From Eledone cirrhosa (lineage: Eukaryota): a stretch of DNA of 64,000 nt. The translations under genes were made by a program, and so were the position numbers. Positions 50,110 to 63,623 of this stretch are shown piece after piece. The notes beneath the pieces were generated by a model. It was not told where the DNA came from and did no database searches. It saw only the letters and a program-made list of their open reading frames with translations. The stretch spans positions 33,728,001 through 33,792,000 of the forward strand of contig OZ024746.1 in the NCBI GenBank assembly GCA_964016885.1, read 5' to 3'. Numbering within the stretch: position 1 is the stretch's first letter; every line of letters starts with the position of its first letter.

Positions 50110-50112
<3 letters not shown>

Positions 50113-50375
50113 TCAAAGGTATATATTGAGTTAGAAACTCAAAAGTGTCTCTTACAATAAAATAGCTCTAGGAAAGAGATTCTTTCGAGCCGTATATTAT
50201 AATTGAATATAAAAGACACATGGTGATTGGTAGTTACCACAAATCCGGTTTGTATTTATTTTCTTGATACCCATAGCTAAATATATTTTTCATCTTAGCG
50301 AATCTGGTCCATTACGTTTTGAACACATTATATGTATATACTTGTGTTTATCTCTCTTTTATATTCAATCATTAT
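50110..50375 (+). mobile_element. Family H4 copy lacking the hammerhead
   Basis: Matches ~14131-14250 joined to ~14357-14540. Confidence 0.8.
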
Positions 50376-50381
50376 ATATAT

Positions 50382-50563
50382 GATTGGCAGTATCGGTAGA
50401 GAGTCGGACACCATGCTTTGAAGCATCGAGTTACGTCCCTTTATGATCTGAGTTCAAATCCCGCCGAGGTTAACTTTGCCTTTTATCCTTACGGGGGCGA
50501 TAAAATAAAGTACCAGTAATGTAGTGGTTAATTGCTGGACTTGTGCCTAAAATAGAAACAATT
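50382..50563 (+). mobile_element. SINE family S1
   Basis: Match to 26871-27050. Confidence 0.9.
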
Positions 50564-50585
50564 ATATATATATATATATATATAT

Positions 50586-51416
50586 AAATGAAGAATTAGA
50601 AATAGAAGCCAACACTATCCGTCATCAGTGGTCTACTAGCCATAATAAGTATTTCTTCGCATATATACCTCAGGCTAGGGCGATGCAATAACTACCGCCC
50701 TAGCCTGAGGTATATGGTCTGTAATGCCAAGAAATACATATGATGGCTAATAGACCACTGATGTCGTATAGTCCTGGTTTCTATTTCTAATTATTCATTT
50801 TTATGTATATCCTATTTGCAACAACACAGCTCGCCATTTTTCATTCATGTATGGTTTCTCCTTAGCTGTGATCTGTATTTTTTTCTTCCCTTACTGCACT
50901 CCTCTTTCTCTCTCCCCCTTCTCTCTCCATCTCCCCCTTACTTTCACTCAGCCCCTCTGCTAAGCACCCTCTCTCGGCTAGCCTCTTCTCACACTTTCAC
51001 TCACTCATTCTCTGCTACTCACCCTCTCACTCCCTTCCTCCATCCTCCCAGACCGTACGAAATTCATTTCTCGCTCACATTCGCACGGCCAACATGTGTC
51101 TTTCGTTTTCTCGTCAATATTCGCACGTTCTAATGTTCAAAATGAATTATTGACTTGATTTTCTCATTTTTCCCTCTCTTTACGTTGCATCACCATTCGT
51201 GTTTGTTTACCTGTCTCTCTTTCTCCTCCCAACTCTTTTTATCCCAATAACTTATTTTAGTTATTGCATCGCCCCAGCCTGAGGCAAATGGTCTGTAATG
51301 CGAAGAACTACCTATGATGGCTAGTAGACCACTGATGACGTATAGTCCTGGCTTCTATTTATATTTCTTCATTTACATATATATCCTATTTGCAACAACA
51401 CAGCTCGCCATATTTC

Positions 51417-51420
<4 letters not shown>
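50586..51420. repeat. Tandem (~574 bp unit) plus inverted non-coding element, family H2b
   Basis: agcctgagg at 50702 and 51276; 50586-50694 inverted; homologous to 7434-8895; (TA)n flanks. Confidence 0.88.
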
Positions 51421-51452
<32 letters not shown>

Positions 51453-53539
51453 GGTTGACAGATTTCAGAATATTAATGGAACACTATATTGGGTTACTAC
51501 GAAATAGAGGCAGGCTATCTCCTAGTCACTTGTTCATAGAAGAATCTAGGTTCCATACGATGTTGATATTTCAGTTTAAATTGAAATGAAAACAAGATGA
51601 TATTCGGTTACTCCTTGTGTAGAACAATTGAACTCAAAATAAAAAGTTTAAAACAATATATGCCATAACGACATGAAATAGTCGTACTCTTTGAACAACT
51701 AGATTAGTTATACAGATGAAACATTCAGAAAAGGGATTAGAATGTGAAATTACGTTTTCTTTCAAGAATAATGATATATATATGAGCTTAAGATTATTCT
51801 TGGTTTTCACAATATTCCATACACTGTGGTGGGGAATCATATTAACCATAGACTCTACTAAATAAATGCCATAGGAAAATAGGTTCGGTTTTCGATTTAC
51901 TTCTATGTTATCGCGCGTAGAATTACTTCAATCAAGAAAAAAGGTAAATCAAATCTAGAAATTTTGAGAGCGTGCTGGTACGAAAGGTTAACTATCTATT
52001 ATACCATAATGAACGTAAAAACCTTTTACGTTTATTATGGTCATGTAAATGTTTGGTGAAATACGAAAACAGATGAATTAGTACAAGGTGAAATAGTAGA
52101 AATAGATTACATTCCCAATAAATAGCACACCGAATAATTAAGCACAAATATAATTACCTATTGGGTATGATGGTTCATCAACATTCAACCAAGCTATTAA
52201 TCGGTGTTACTCCACAATTTAGGAAATATATTAAATTTTACTAGCACTCCATACTTCCACCCAACGTCATATCTTTCCAGCTGCTCTCAGTAATATGCTC
52301 ACCATATTCTGAGATCTCGTCCATATATTATCAGATGGTTAAACATGTAATGTATATAAAGAGAGTTACGCTTTCACATTAGCATCCGCACACCACCCTA
52401 ACACATATTATTGTTTAGGAATAAGAATATGTAAAGAATCGTTGGAACATACTCATTTTTAAGACTTATTATCTGAGCAATAATGCTGTTCTTGCCGTGC
52501 CAACATATGAGCAGGACGCATTCTGCTTTCAGATCAAATAATGTACACTCAGAAACAAACATATCAAGTCAAGCTAGCATACATTGTTCAGTGTTATGTT
52601 TTATAAAACTTGGGGTAGATTATGATGTTCAGCAAAATAATACTATTACATAATGTGACATCGAACATAACACCGTACTATAAACAACATATCTCATAAT
52701 TTATTTATTTTTGTTAACAGCGATTCAGTGACTATAAGCTGTATATATTACACCTTGGTTGTAAGGAAGAATAGTACTCTAAGTACGCATATCAAAGTAT
52801 ACGTCTCGGAGGCGAGAGACTATGTAATTTATAATGTTAAGAACACACAGCTTTAGGCACAGATATGCAATAAATAAATCTACTCTATTAAGTTTGATTA
52901 AATAAGGATGTACATTCTATTATATCAGCAGTCGATGCTTCAATGAATAGAAGGGCAGCTACACATGGTACACGACTTGAAGTGACACAGTCGAATTGTT
53001 TGATACACGAAAAGCCTTCCGGTAACAACGTTAATTGTGTAGATATAATATGGGCTGTTGTCACCCTAGCTGAGCAGATGAGCATTAATAATTTCAAAAT
53101 TAGTTAAGTACTTAGAATGGTTATAGAAAATATCGAATAAGTTATGGTGAATTAGACAGGAATATAAATGGTTCACATGAGAAGGTGCCATTAACTAGAA
53201 AGCTGATAATAGGTATATAACATGATTTTATTGTTGGTAATTACCGCACTATAGTAAGTTATTTTTTATATGGGAAGTCTACTCATTAAATAAGGGCGTC
53301 GATGAAGTACGAATATTGGAGGATTGTCACTCATAATATTATGAATTTTGAATGGTTTGATTACAAATCTTGCTACCAAAGTAACGGTGGTTACAATTTT
53401 TGTCAATACATATATTTCCGCTGGTTTATATAAACATGTCGATTATGATGACACAATGGTCACCTTCAAACCCATTTCACACATTGAAAATATAAGTGAC
53501 ATCGTAGTGTTATCAAGTACCTGTAGAAAAAAGGTTTAG

Positions 53540-54544
53540 AACCAAGGACATTCAGGCAGACAGGGTTTCGGCCTTAAGGGATGGAGCCCCAGCTTTATCA
53601 TCAGTGCAAAAGTGTACAGCTGAACATAAGAGGAGAAGAGGAAGTTTGAATATGACTCAAGACCTTGACGTCTAGCAGCTGCCACCACCGAGGAAAACAT
53701 TGATCTTGTTCACCACATAATGATGGATGACATGGAACTGACTATGAATCAACTAGCCAATGTTATTATCATAACCCTGAGGTAGCTAAGGTCATGCTGC
53801 ACCCACATTTGACATGGTGACGGATTCTGCTCGTTGGGTACCAAGTCTTCTAAAATCTAATCGAAAACGAACCATCATGGAAAGATCTGACACTGTTTGA
53901 AGTAGCTCCCACTTTTCTCCTTCAACGTTTCCTAACCCAGGATGAGTGTTGAGTTTATCATTTTGAGACAGAGACACAGACGCAACCAATGCAGTGGAAA
54001 CAACTCCTCTCCTACTCTAAAGAAAGCCAGACTCGTTTAATCTGCAAGGAAAGTGATGACTTCATGTTTTGTGGATGCCAAAGCGTTATATTTATTGAAT
54101 AACGTCAAAAGGACAATACATCCTTTGGAAAGTGTAACACAAACTTGCTGCGTCATTTACAAAGTCCAAACGCTCAGCGATACTGTCGGACGGTGTCCTT
54201 TTTTCATCAGTACAATACTCTTGGTTTCAATGGCTGATGTGCGTGGCTGTGGATTTTAACTGGTTGATAACCATCCCTATTCTCCTGATTTGGCACCATC
54301 TAACTAACATCAGTTCCCAACATGGGAAAACGCTAAACTGGGAACCAATATCGCAGTGATGATGACATATTATCTGCTGCGGATGAATTATTTTACCAAC
54401 AAAATGAACGCTTCTTCACCAATGGTATCTATTCAATAGTAGCACCGATGTAAGAAATGTGTTGACTCAAGGTGAACTATGTTGAAAACTAAACGTCATT
54501 TAGGTAACATTCCATTAGTGTATATTGGACTGCTTACTCTCGTA
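53540..54544 (+). pseudogene. Decayed mariner transposase
   Basis: gctcgttgggtacca (ARWVP), gatgagtgttgagtttatcattttgag (DE.W..HFE remnant), ccctattctcctgatttggcaccatct (PYSPDLAPS), aaatgtgttgac..tatgttgaa (KCV..YVE). Confidence 0.85.
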
Positions 54545-55502
54545 CATCAAACAACTTCCACATAGAACGATATACGCTGGGGATTCTGCCTTCTGAGAGA
54601 TACAACCATATTGATACTACTCAGTCTGAAGAAATGGTATTTGATAGTTGAATATTCAAGTTGCTTATAAAAGTAAATAACCATTTTTCTAAAATGAATG
54701 CTGTTTTTAATAATGTAGTTTCATGTCAACAATTATAGGAATACGTATACGAACAACCAGAGAAGTGTGCATGCCAGACATGAAGTTCCTTTCACAATTA
54801 CGATTTATACGTCACTTTATCATATTTATTTTGTTAATCCGCACATATATTTTTCATTCAGAAGGCAAATCACCTAAATTTTCAGATATGCTTATTTTAA
54901 ATTGCTTACTTAGTGAATAGAATTTAAGCGGAAATAACATAGTATTTAAGTCCAACTAAGCACTGGAAGCAGGTGATTAAATATACTTAGAAGTCTTCTT
55001 AAAGATGTGTTAGCTAGTACTTAATTATATTAACATAGAACATATTTACACTGCATTTTTTGTTAACTATTCAATAGTGTCTGTAAGTTTTTCATGTGTT
55101 GCTAAACCATAGTTTTCTTAAAAGACAGTGTTTGCCATTTAAGTGAATGGATTGTGACGGATATCATAAAGTTTGCCTAAAAAACATGAAAGTTTCATGT
55201 CAGAGAGATGATGTTTGTGTACAGTATTACTGGTTGATTTTGCACGTACTTCAAATGATATAAATGGTCTATTGATAAATTTTGTTTCTCTACATTTATC
55301 GAATCTAATATCATCGACATACCTAATTGAATTCGGTATATTTGAAAAAGTATAAAAGGAGAACTAACAGATTTAGTGGCAGGCTTCAGAAGAGGTTTAT
55401 AAAATTGCAGGTAATGTAAGATTAGAAAAAGGTTATCTCGTAGTGGTGTCGAAATCGGGAACAATTAATAGGAAATGCAGCACCTTAACTACAACTTGCA
55501 TA

Positions 55503-56890
55503 TTACTATTTTACTCATTTACATGTTTCAGCCATCCGGCTGAGGCCATGCTGGGGCACCGCCCTTGTTGCTACACATTTTATCTCCAGCCTGTATAGGT
55601 TGGCCACTGGTGTAAGAGGGAGTTTGTTGCTGCTGCCCTTAGGTTTCCCTCGTGTCTTGCTGTGGGCTCATCCAGGAGACTGGATAACAATGTGTCGAGA
55701 TGTTTCTTGAAGACATCCACCACCAGGTCATGCAAATCTCTCAGATCCCTCGGCAGCTTGTTGAAGAGTTGAGGGCCCTTGAATCTCAGGCTATTGCAAT
55801 ACCTGCTCCTTATTCTAGATGTGGAATACGGGACCTTTGGCACCACACAATGACGTCCTGTTCGACGGTTGGTCTAGCTCCCAATGCCAAAGTTTGGTGC
55901 TAGTACCTCCAGGATTTTCCACATGTAGATCACTGCGTATCTCTCCCGTCTTCGTTCCAAGGAGTCGAGGTTCAGTTCCTTTAGCCTCTCCCAGTAGCTT
56001 GTCTCCCTCATCTTGGCAATCCTCTTGGTGTAGCTTCTCTGGATTGCCTCAAGCTCCGTGGTTAGTTTGACACTATGGGGTGACCACAACTGGGAGCAGT
56101 AGTCCAGGCGACTTAGGACAAATGTCCTCCATAGTGTCAACATGGTGTCTCGATCTCTTGTCCGGAAGGTCCTCAAGATCCAGCCAGCGAGTCGTCTGCA
56201 CATTGTTGCCACTTTCATGATGTGTGAAGAAAAAGATGCACCATCGCTCATGTCTATGGCCAGGTCTCGTATCAATTTTGACACGGGGATATCGGTCCCT
56301 CCTGGTCCTATGTAGTTGTGTTGTACTATATTTGTGTTTGCAGGTTTGTGAGGAGGTTTGTGTTGTAGGGCTTGGAATTTGCCAGCATTAAACTGCATGT
56401 TGTTTTCTTCCGCCCATTTGTATATGGCATCCAGATCCTGCTGTAAAAGGGCAGCGTCAGCCGGGTTTTTGATTGCCTGTGCTACCTTAGTGCCATCAGC
56501 ATAGCTAGTGAGGGATGTTGCTGTACGTACTACAGAGGGAATGTCTAAGAGAGCCACCAAAAACTGTAGTGGTCCCAGGACTGTCCCCTGGAGCACCCCA
56601 CTTGTTATTGGTGTTTCCTTTGAGAGGGCCCCATTTGCTGCGACTGCCTGGCTTCTGTCCTTTAGGAAGTCATACAGCCACTCACCTACTTTTCCAGTTA
56701 TGCCGAGTCCGTGTAGTTTGTGACATATCATTCCATGGTCGACCTTGTCAAAGGCCTTCGCAAAATCAAGATATATCACGTCCATATGTAAGCTGTCTAG
56801 TAGTTATTTCAGTACCCAGTCGTAGTGATGTAGCAGCTGTGTAAGGCAGATTCTTCCTAGGCGGAAGCCATGTTGCTGCTAGTCAGGCGG
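55503..56890 (-). mobile_element. 5'-truncated CR1/L2-group LINE (RT C-terminal half plus 3' UTR)
   Basis: ORF 55874-56785: DVIYLDFAKAFDKVDH, QGTVLGP, YADG (mutated YADD), SRLDYCSQLWSP, LERRRERY; tail gccccagcatggcc..gctgaaac. Confidence 0.88.
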
Positions 56891-56932
56891 TCATTTTCCT
56901 CGAGGAAATACATATATATATATATATATAAA

Positions 56933-56990
<58 letters not shown>

Positions 56991-57454
56991 TTGCGTGTGT
57001 GTGTGTGTGTGTATGTGTGAGTGTGTGAGTCACTGGTTAAATTGGTGGTATCCACAGTAACTAAAGAACTCAATACACTTGTAGAGTGTAAATATCAATA
57101 GAACTAACATCTAAGTGAATATAACAGTTGCATTCAAAAGAACTGAGAAAGCGTTCTTGAAGAATTCATTTGAATGTAACAGTTCTGATCCTGTAGAAGC
57201 TATTTCTAAATTAAACATGATATATATATATTTGTTTGTGTATGTGTCTAGGAACAGAAACGTCTGCAAATCTAAATATACTGCCATAATATTTATTCCT
57301 ATTGTTCGTAGTTTGCCAATGTCTTTTGTAAGTTTGCATTCTAGTCTAATTTAATATTCTTTTAAATTCTTGAAATAATGCTGACCCATTCAATTAGCCA
57401 GTATGCATATAAGCATACGCACACATAGGCACATACACATATAGACACATACAT

Positions 57455-57521
<67 letters not shown>

Positions 57522-57835
57522 GTATATATATATATATATATACGTATATATATATATATATCAAATCTATATATAATTTTAAATAAATTATTGTAACTTA
57601 CGGGTGTATTTGAAAATGGCTTTGACGAATTCAAATGATATTTAATTTGAGTCTACAGATATTAAAAAATAAATAAATTCCCTATTTCAAAACAACAGAC
57701 AAAAAACGTTGAATATTAAATTAAAAACTATTTTCCTAAATTTTTTTCTCTTGCATACACAACATGCTATTATGCCGACAGGTATTTATATACACACACA
57801 TACACACGCACACACAAATACACACACACAAATAA

Positions 57836-57930
<95 letters not shown>

Positions 57931-58283
57931 TATATATATATATATATTTATATATACAAGTTTAAATTCGGTGATTTACCACTTGGTAGAATTGGTTATT
58001 CTGCAATGTTTGTTATTCTTAAAAAATATATACTTCGAATGAAAATTGGTAGTACTTTTAATTAAATTGATAAGCTCAAATTCCATCCCTATAATGATTA
58101 GTAAAGTTAAAAGACAAGTATTAAACATACCAGTTAAAAAAACCACTTTAGTCAACAAAATATTTTGCACGTCTGGCTTTCCTTGATTTTAACGTGTCCT
58201 GCTTCGTATAATACTTGTTTATTTACGTTTTTTTAATTTTCGTATCACCAGACATACGGTTGGTAAAAAAGACATCATCATTA

Positions 58284-58646
58284 TGGCAGTATCAGTAGAG
58301 GGTCGGACGCCATGCGTTCCAGCATAGTTACGTCCCTTTACGATCTGAGTTCAAATCCCGCCGAGGTTGACTTTGCCTTTCATCCTTACGGGGTCGATAA
58401 AATAAAGTACCAGTAATGCACTGGTTAATTGCTGGCCTTGTGCCTAAAGTAGAAACAATTATTATGGCAGTATCAGTAGAGGGTCGGACGCCATGCTTTC
58501 CAGCATAGTTACGTCCCTTTACGATCTGAGTTCAAATCCCGCCGAGGTTGATTTTGCCTTTCATCCTTACGGGTTCGATAAAATAAAGTACCAGTAATGC
58601 ACTGGGTCATTGTTGGCCTTGTGCCAAATGTAGAAATAATTATTAT
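58284..58646 (+). mobile_element. Head-to-tail SINE S1 dimer (181 bp period)
   Basis: tggcagtatcagtagagggtcggacgcc at 58284 and 58465. Confidence 0.92.
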
Positions 58647-59413
58647 ATTACTTAATGATTCAGATGATTTTTATACAGCAAGGAAACCTCTTTCGTGTGC
58701 CCGTCCCTTAACACAACCTAGTCCTAAAGCATGGTCAATTCAAAGTACGATTAACGTAAATCTCTGGACCAATAGATGACCCAGCTGACGTTGTCGGACC
58801 AGGAAATGTATCTAGTTAAATCCTATACACAGGCCCTAATTCATCACACCATTAGCTAAATTATATTTTACATAAATTAAAACACAACTCTATGATCATC
58901 AATGACATCTTCACAGAAAGGTTTGCTTCGTCATACATAGGAAAATGTAAATTTAATAAAATCACAGACAAGTTTTTTATATATGGAAAGCCATTGCAGA
59001 TATTCTGCTCAACACGTCTTTTAATTTTTTGTTTAGTCTATACCAATATTAAATATGAATGAATGGGTAATTAACACTAACAAATGTGTGTTTCATTGTG
59101 GTAATTTAGTTTATGTACTTCTTTAGAAGAAGACACACCAAGGCCGGAAAATCAATTACATGTATATCTATATATCTCTCTCTCTCTGTATATATATATA
59201 TATTTCGTTTCTGAATTTGTTTAGCAAGATTCTTTATCTGAAAACGTGTGTTGAAACCGATATTCTTATACTTTGGGAGGGTCATGTTGCCAATAAGAAA
59301 CACACGAACCAGTTGCTTTCATTTCAATTTATTATAATAAATTTATAAATTTAGGAATTTATAAATTTCCGGTTGGTTGGTTGGTTCCACAACCAGATGG
59401 TTGTTTATATATT

Positions 59414-59456
59414 GTCAAAGTTCTTTCGTCACACATTCCGTGACCTCTTCAGTGAC
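59414..59456 (-). ncRNA. Minimal hammerhead ribozyme in the 3' pseudo-LTR
   Basis: gtca-CTGAAGA-g-gtcac-ggaatgt-gtgac-GAAA-gaac-TT-tgac. Confidence 0.85.
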
Positions 59457-62400
59457 TGGGGATTATTTTTTTTGTTTTTGTGCCTCTCCTTTGTTCTGTC
59501 CTACGCCATCTTGTTTCTGTGTGTGTGTTGAGTGCTCAGTCTGCGCATGCTCCACATCCGGGTGTCTGTGTGTGTTTATATTCATTTATTTATTTGTTTA
59601 TTTACATGTTACTGGTTGGTTGTTTGTTCTATGTGCGTGTGTGTTTTCATTTTGTCCTTAATTGTAAGTTGTGATGTTGCTGTTCCACTCATGTTTTCTA
59701 TTTAATTTTGGTTGTAATTCATTTGTTTATTGCCTCTGTGATTTGTCTAAACATTGTGTCTTTTCTGTGTGTAGATTCTATTTTTATTTCTATGTTCTAT
59801 AATTTACCCTTATGTTCTATTTTAGCATGTTGGTAGTGTACAGATGATTCTTTACTATACTGAAGGTCTCGCCAGTGTTCATTTATCCGTTCCCCTACTC
59901 TACGAGGTGTCTCACCTATGTACACTTTATTTCTATCTCTACATTGTCCTTCAGTAGATCTTATGCTATATACTACATTTCTAGTTTCACAGTTAATATG
60001 GGGGCCTAATTTTCAGGTTATACATTTCTTATCTATACAGGGGGTCTTTGAAAAGGGTATGTCTTGCTAATAAGTGTTTTTATGGAGGTACCTGGTTTTT
60101 CTACTATCTTAATATTGAGTTTATGTTTATCTAGGGCCCTTCTAAATTTGTAAGCTAATTCACCTCTAGGGGTGGTATCGATGAACATTACACTCTGGTA
60201 TTTATTGCTATCATACTATGAGTTTATTCTATTAGCCTTATTCCTAGTTCTTTCTATTCTATTCCAAAATGTGCTCCTATACAAGGGGCAGGTCCGATTT
60301 GTGTCATTATTTACCATTTTTTCCCATTTGGTTCTGGCTCCTCTATACACTCTGATTTTATCTCTCTGATTGTAACCAGAGAATTGCATACGGTGGATGA
60401 AGTGTTGTATGTGTCTCTCTAGTTCTTCGGGGTTGCACATGCGGGACACGTTTCTCATCACCCATACCAAATCAGCAATCAGTATGTTGATTTTGGTATG
60501 GTACGAAACAGCTGAGTTTCGGTGGATCAGATATTTGGAAGTCATGGGTTTGGCATAATGGGAATGGAGGATTTGTTTTTTTGTTATTAATGGTATCTAA
60601 CCAGAGCTCTGTGTCACCTACAGGTAATCGATTGTTGGGCTGTTTGCTTGGGTAGTCTATAGTAACTCTAATACTCTGGTGGATGGAGTTAGCTATTTGC
60701 TGGATGCTTTCCATTGTGTTTTTTCTCTAATTCCTGACTGTTCTCTAGTGGGTGTGTTTTAACTACGATGTTTATATCATCACAGTACATTATCAGGGAG
60801 TACATTATCAGGGTTAAGCTGTCTTCTAATTGTTCTTTAAGTTTAAGTTTAAGTCTACTGTCCCACCATACCATGAATAAGTTAGCTATGTCGCCTGCAA
60901 TGCTAACACCAATGGCTGATCCCTCCTCTTGGGCATATGTTTTTCCATTAAATTTGAATATATGTTCCTTAAGGGTTAATTTTATGCAGGCCCCCACCGC
61001 ATGTGCAATCATTTTCTTTAGTTCGTCGTGATTTTCGGGGGTCCGTATGGCTCTGGTCCACCCGTTCCATCTATCTGTGTGGGTTTTCTTGGCCATTGAG
61101 ATAATGGTAGGTGGTCTGCCTCTTGCTGGTCTTGTAGGGCACAGGCTGCTAAGGTCATATGTGTCTAGATAATTATTACTATAGGTAAGTTTAAGTAGGA
61201 GTCCCAGCTCACTAGTACCAATCCCACGGAACTCAACATTGCTCTCACTGATCATTTCTACGCATTTCTACACAGCAAAATCCACGCCAATAGATGGATA
61301 CAGGGACACAACATTCATACTACCTATTATGCAGTTTGTTAGGTCCCTATATCGGTTACTCCCGCCGATTCTGCTGAGGAGGTCCTCCGTGCTGTCACAT
61401 ACATCTGGGGACATTTCAATGATGGGGCGTATGATCAGGGAGAGGAAGTAGGACAGTCTGTAGTTACTAACAATGTTAGCTCCACAAACTGGCCGTGTTG
61501 GTGGTCCCGTGACAGGGTTCCTGCTCGTTTTATGGTCTTTTCGAAGCCCATACAACGCTGGCCCGTCATTGTTCCAGGCCTGGAAGTTGTTGGCAGTTCT
61601 TTTGTTGGGCTGCATTATATTTGTCCACATCACCATATGGGCATTGGGTTTTTTTCTCTATCCCCATGCTCTTGTGGTGTTACTTCTCCTGTGTTAGTGA
61701 TGCGGGGTTGCATTGCCTGCATGTAGTTTGGCAGACTGTCAACCGACAATATGCCAGACTTGTCTGTTGGAAAGCATGCTATCTCTCCATTACGCGAGCG
61801 CTGCATGAGCTTACGCAAACCATTTGCAGATGTTTCTCCCAGTTGCTGGGCCTCCATTCTATTATGCTTCTTGCTATACTGTTCTATAATATTTCTAAGT
61901 TTAGATCTAGCTATACTAAATTGTGCTACTGTCTGTTCATCGACCTGCGGCGGCAATTGCATGCGTTTGTTAAAAGCTAAAATCCTAGCGTGGACTCGTC
62001 GCAGGTCGAACGACTTATCGGAGGGATTATAAAAAGTAGAGTTCCAGGCTGCTTCTTTATGTGTACTAGTGCTATTGTTATTGTTAGTTGTGTTGTTTCT
62101 ATTTCTATTTCCACCAGCAGCCTCATGGTTGTTTCTATGTCTCTCATTATTACTCCTGTCTCTTTCCTCTGGCTCATTGTTATTATCTACTCTATTTTGT
62201 GTGTCTGTGTGTTCGTCTTGGTTATTTTCTCTGTCCATAGTCTCCCTTCTCCTTTCAATCCTATTACCTTCCCTTATTTCTGTGCTACTGCCATTACCTG
62301 TTTTCTGTGTCTGTGTATTTGTTAAGATTGTGGTGGTGGTGAGAAGCATTGAATGTGTGTTGTTGTTGTTGTTGTTTTTGATGTGTGCTGTTTTTGATGT

Positions 62401-62979
62401 GTGTTGTTGTTGTTGTTGTTATTGTTGTTCGTGTCTGAGTGTCTGTTGTTGTTGGGATGTGTGTTGTATATGTGTGTGCGTATGTTGTTACTTTTGTTTT
62501 TGTTTTTGTTTTTTAGGCTCCAACGTAATTTTGTAAATGATTTTTCTATTTCTGACAAACATCTAATCATATTTACCTTATTGAATGTGGCATACTTAGG
62601 CGGCAGTTGTAATACAGATAATTCATCAGAGTCGACCGTAGTGTTGCCGTATATATGTGTTGTTGTTGTTGAACTCATCTGTTAATTAGATGTCGGCTAT
62701 ATTTATACCGTCAATTTTGTCGGGCTGTCTATTGATATTCTCTAAAGATTCTTGATTTAGTTTTATTTGTTTAAGCCACTTTAGTTTCTTTTTAAAGTGC
62801 TTGTCACATTCTTGTACAATGTACTGTTCTTCAGAAAGTATTAGGTTTATAAATATTAGTTTTTCTCTTGGTGTGGTGATCTTAGTTATTTCTTGTATGA
62901 ACACACAACACACACACAGAAACAAGATGGCGTAGGACAGAACAAAGGAGAAGCACAAAAACAAAGAAAATAATCTCCA

Positions 62980-63022
62980 GTCACTGAAGAGGTCAAGGAA
63001 TGTGTGACGAAAGAACTTTGAC
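62980..63022 (+). ncRNA. Minimal hammerhead ribozyme in the inverted 5' pseudo-LTR
   Basis: gtca-CTGAAGA-g-gtca-aggaatgtg-tgac-GAAA-gaac-TT-tgac. Confidence 0.83.
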
Positions 63023-63172
63023 AATATATAAACAAGCATCTGGTTGTGGAACCAACCAACCAACCGGAAATTTATAAATTCCTAAATTTATAAATTTATT
63101 ATAATAAATTGAAAAGGAAGCAACTGGTGCGTGTGTTTCTTATTGGCAACATGACCCTCCCAAAGTATAACA

Positions 63173-63204
<32 letters not shown>

Positions 63205-63498
63205 GTATATATATATATTCAGGAGCTGGACATATCAATGTATCGACGGAGTAAAACACACTTCAACAACATCTGTACCTGTCTTTGCCACAGCAATTCG
63301 GACTGCCTGAAGAGATCCCAGCTAATGATGGCTGTCACCGAAATATATATAGCAGTATATGTATAATTTATAGTAAACGAAGCCAAATTTTACATATTCG
63401 CCTTAATTATTTTACATTACTCCGGAGTAAACAAATCAACCTGCGTACTTCGTCGAGTGATCCAATACTGAGGTGTCGGTAAACAACCAGCATATACT

Positions 63499-63529
<31 letters not shown>

Positions 63530-63583
63530 CGTGGAGAAGTATATAAAGGAGAACAAACCGTTAAAACATGTTTATTTAAAGCA

Positions 63584-63623
63584 GCTTCTACGTACGTTTC
63601 GCCCAAATGGACTTCTCAAGGGC
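63584..63623 (-). ncRNA. Variant minimal hammerhead (U3-A8 core)
   Basis: gccc-TTGAGAA-gtcc-attt-gggc-GAAA-cgtacg-TA-gaagc; stem I degenerate. Confidence 0.55.

Larger units (their letters stand above)
59260..63176 (-). mobile_element. Decayed Penelope-like element (RT plus GIY-YIG) with inverted pseudo-LTRs
   Basis: RT pieces LYGLRKDHK..TRPV, SMNVVSLYPSI, Y.QEEGSAIG, YCDD; GIY-YIG remnant ~59660-60060; ~270 bp inverted repeats 59260-59530/62906-63176. Confidence 0.92.

Noticed and set aside
59236-59265. ctgaaaa-cgtgtgtt-gaaac HHR-like motif (also at ~1896)
   Set aside because: Core and stems too degenerate to call
63320-63356. ctaatga-tgg..cc-gaaa-tatata HHR-like motif
   Set aside because: Essential G5 is mutated and there is no stem I; at most a relic
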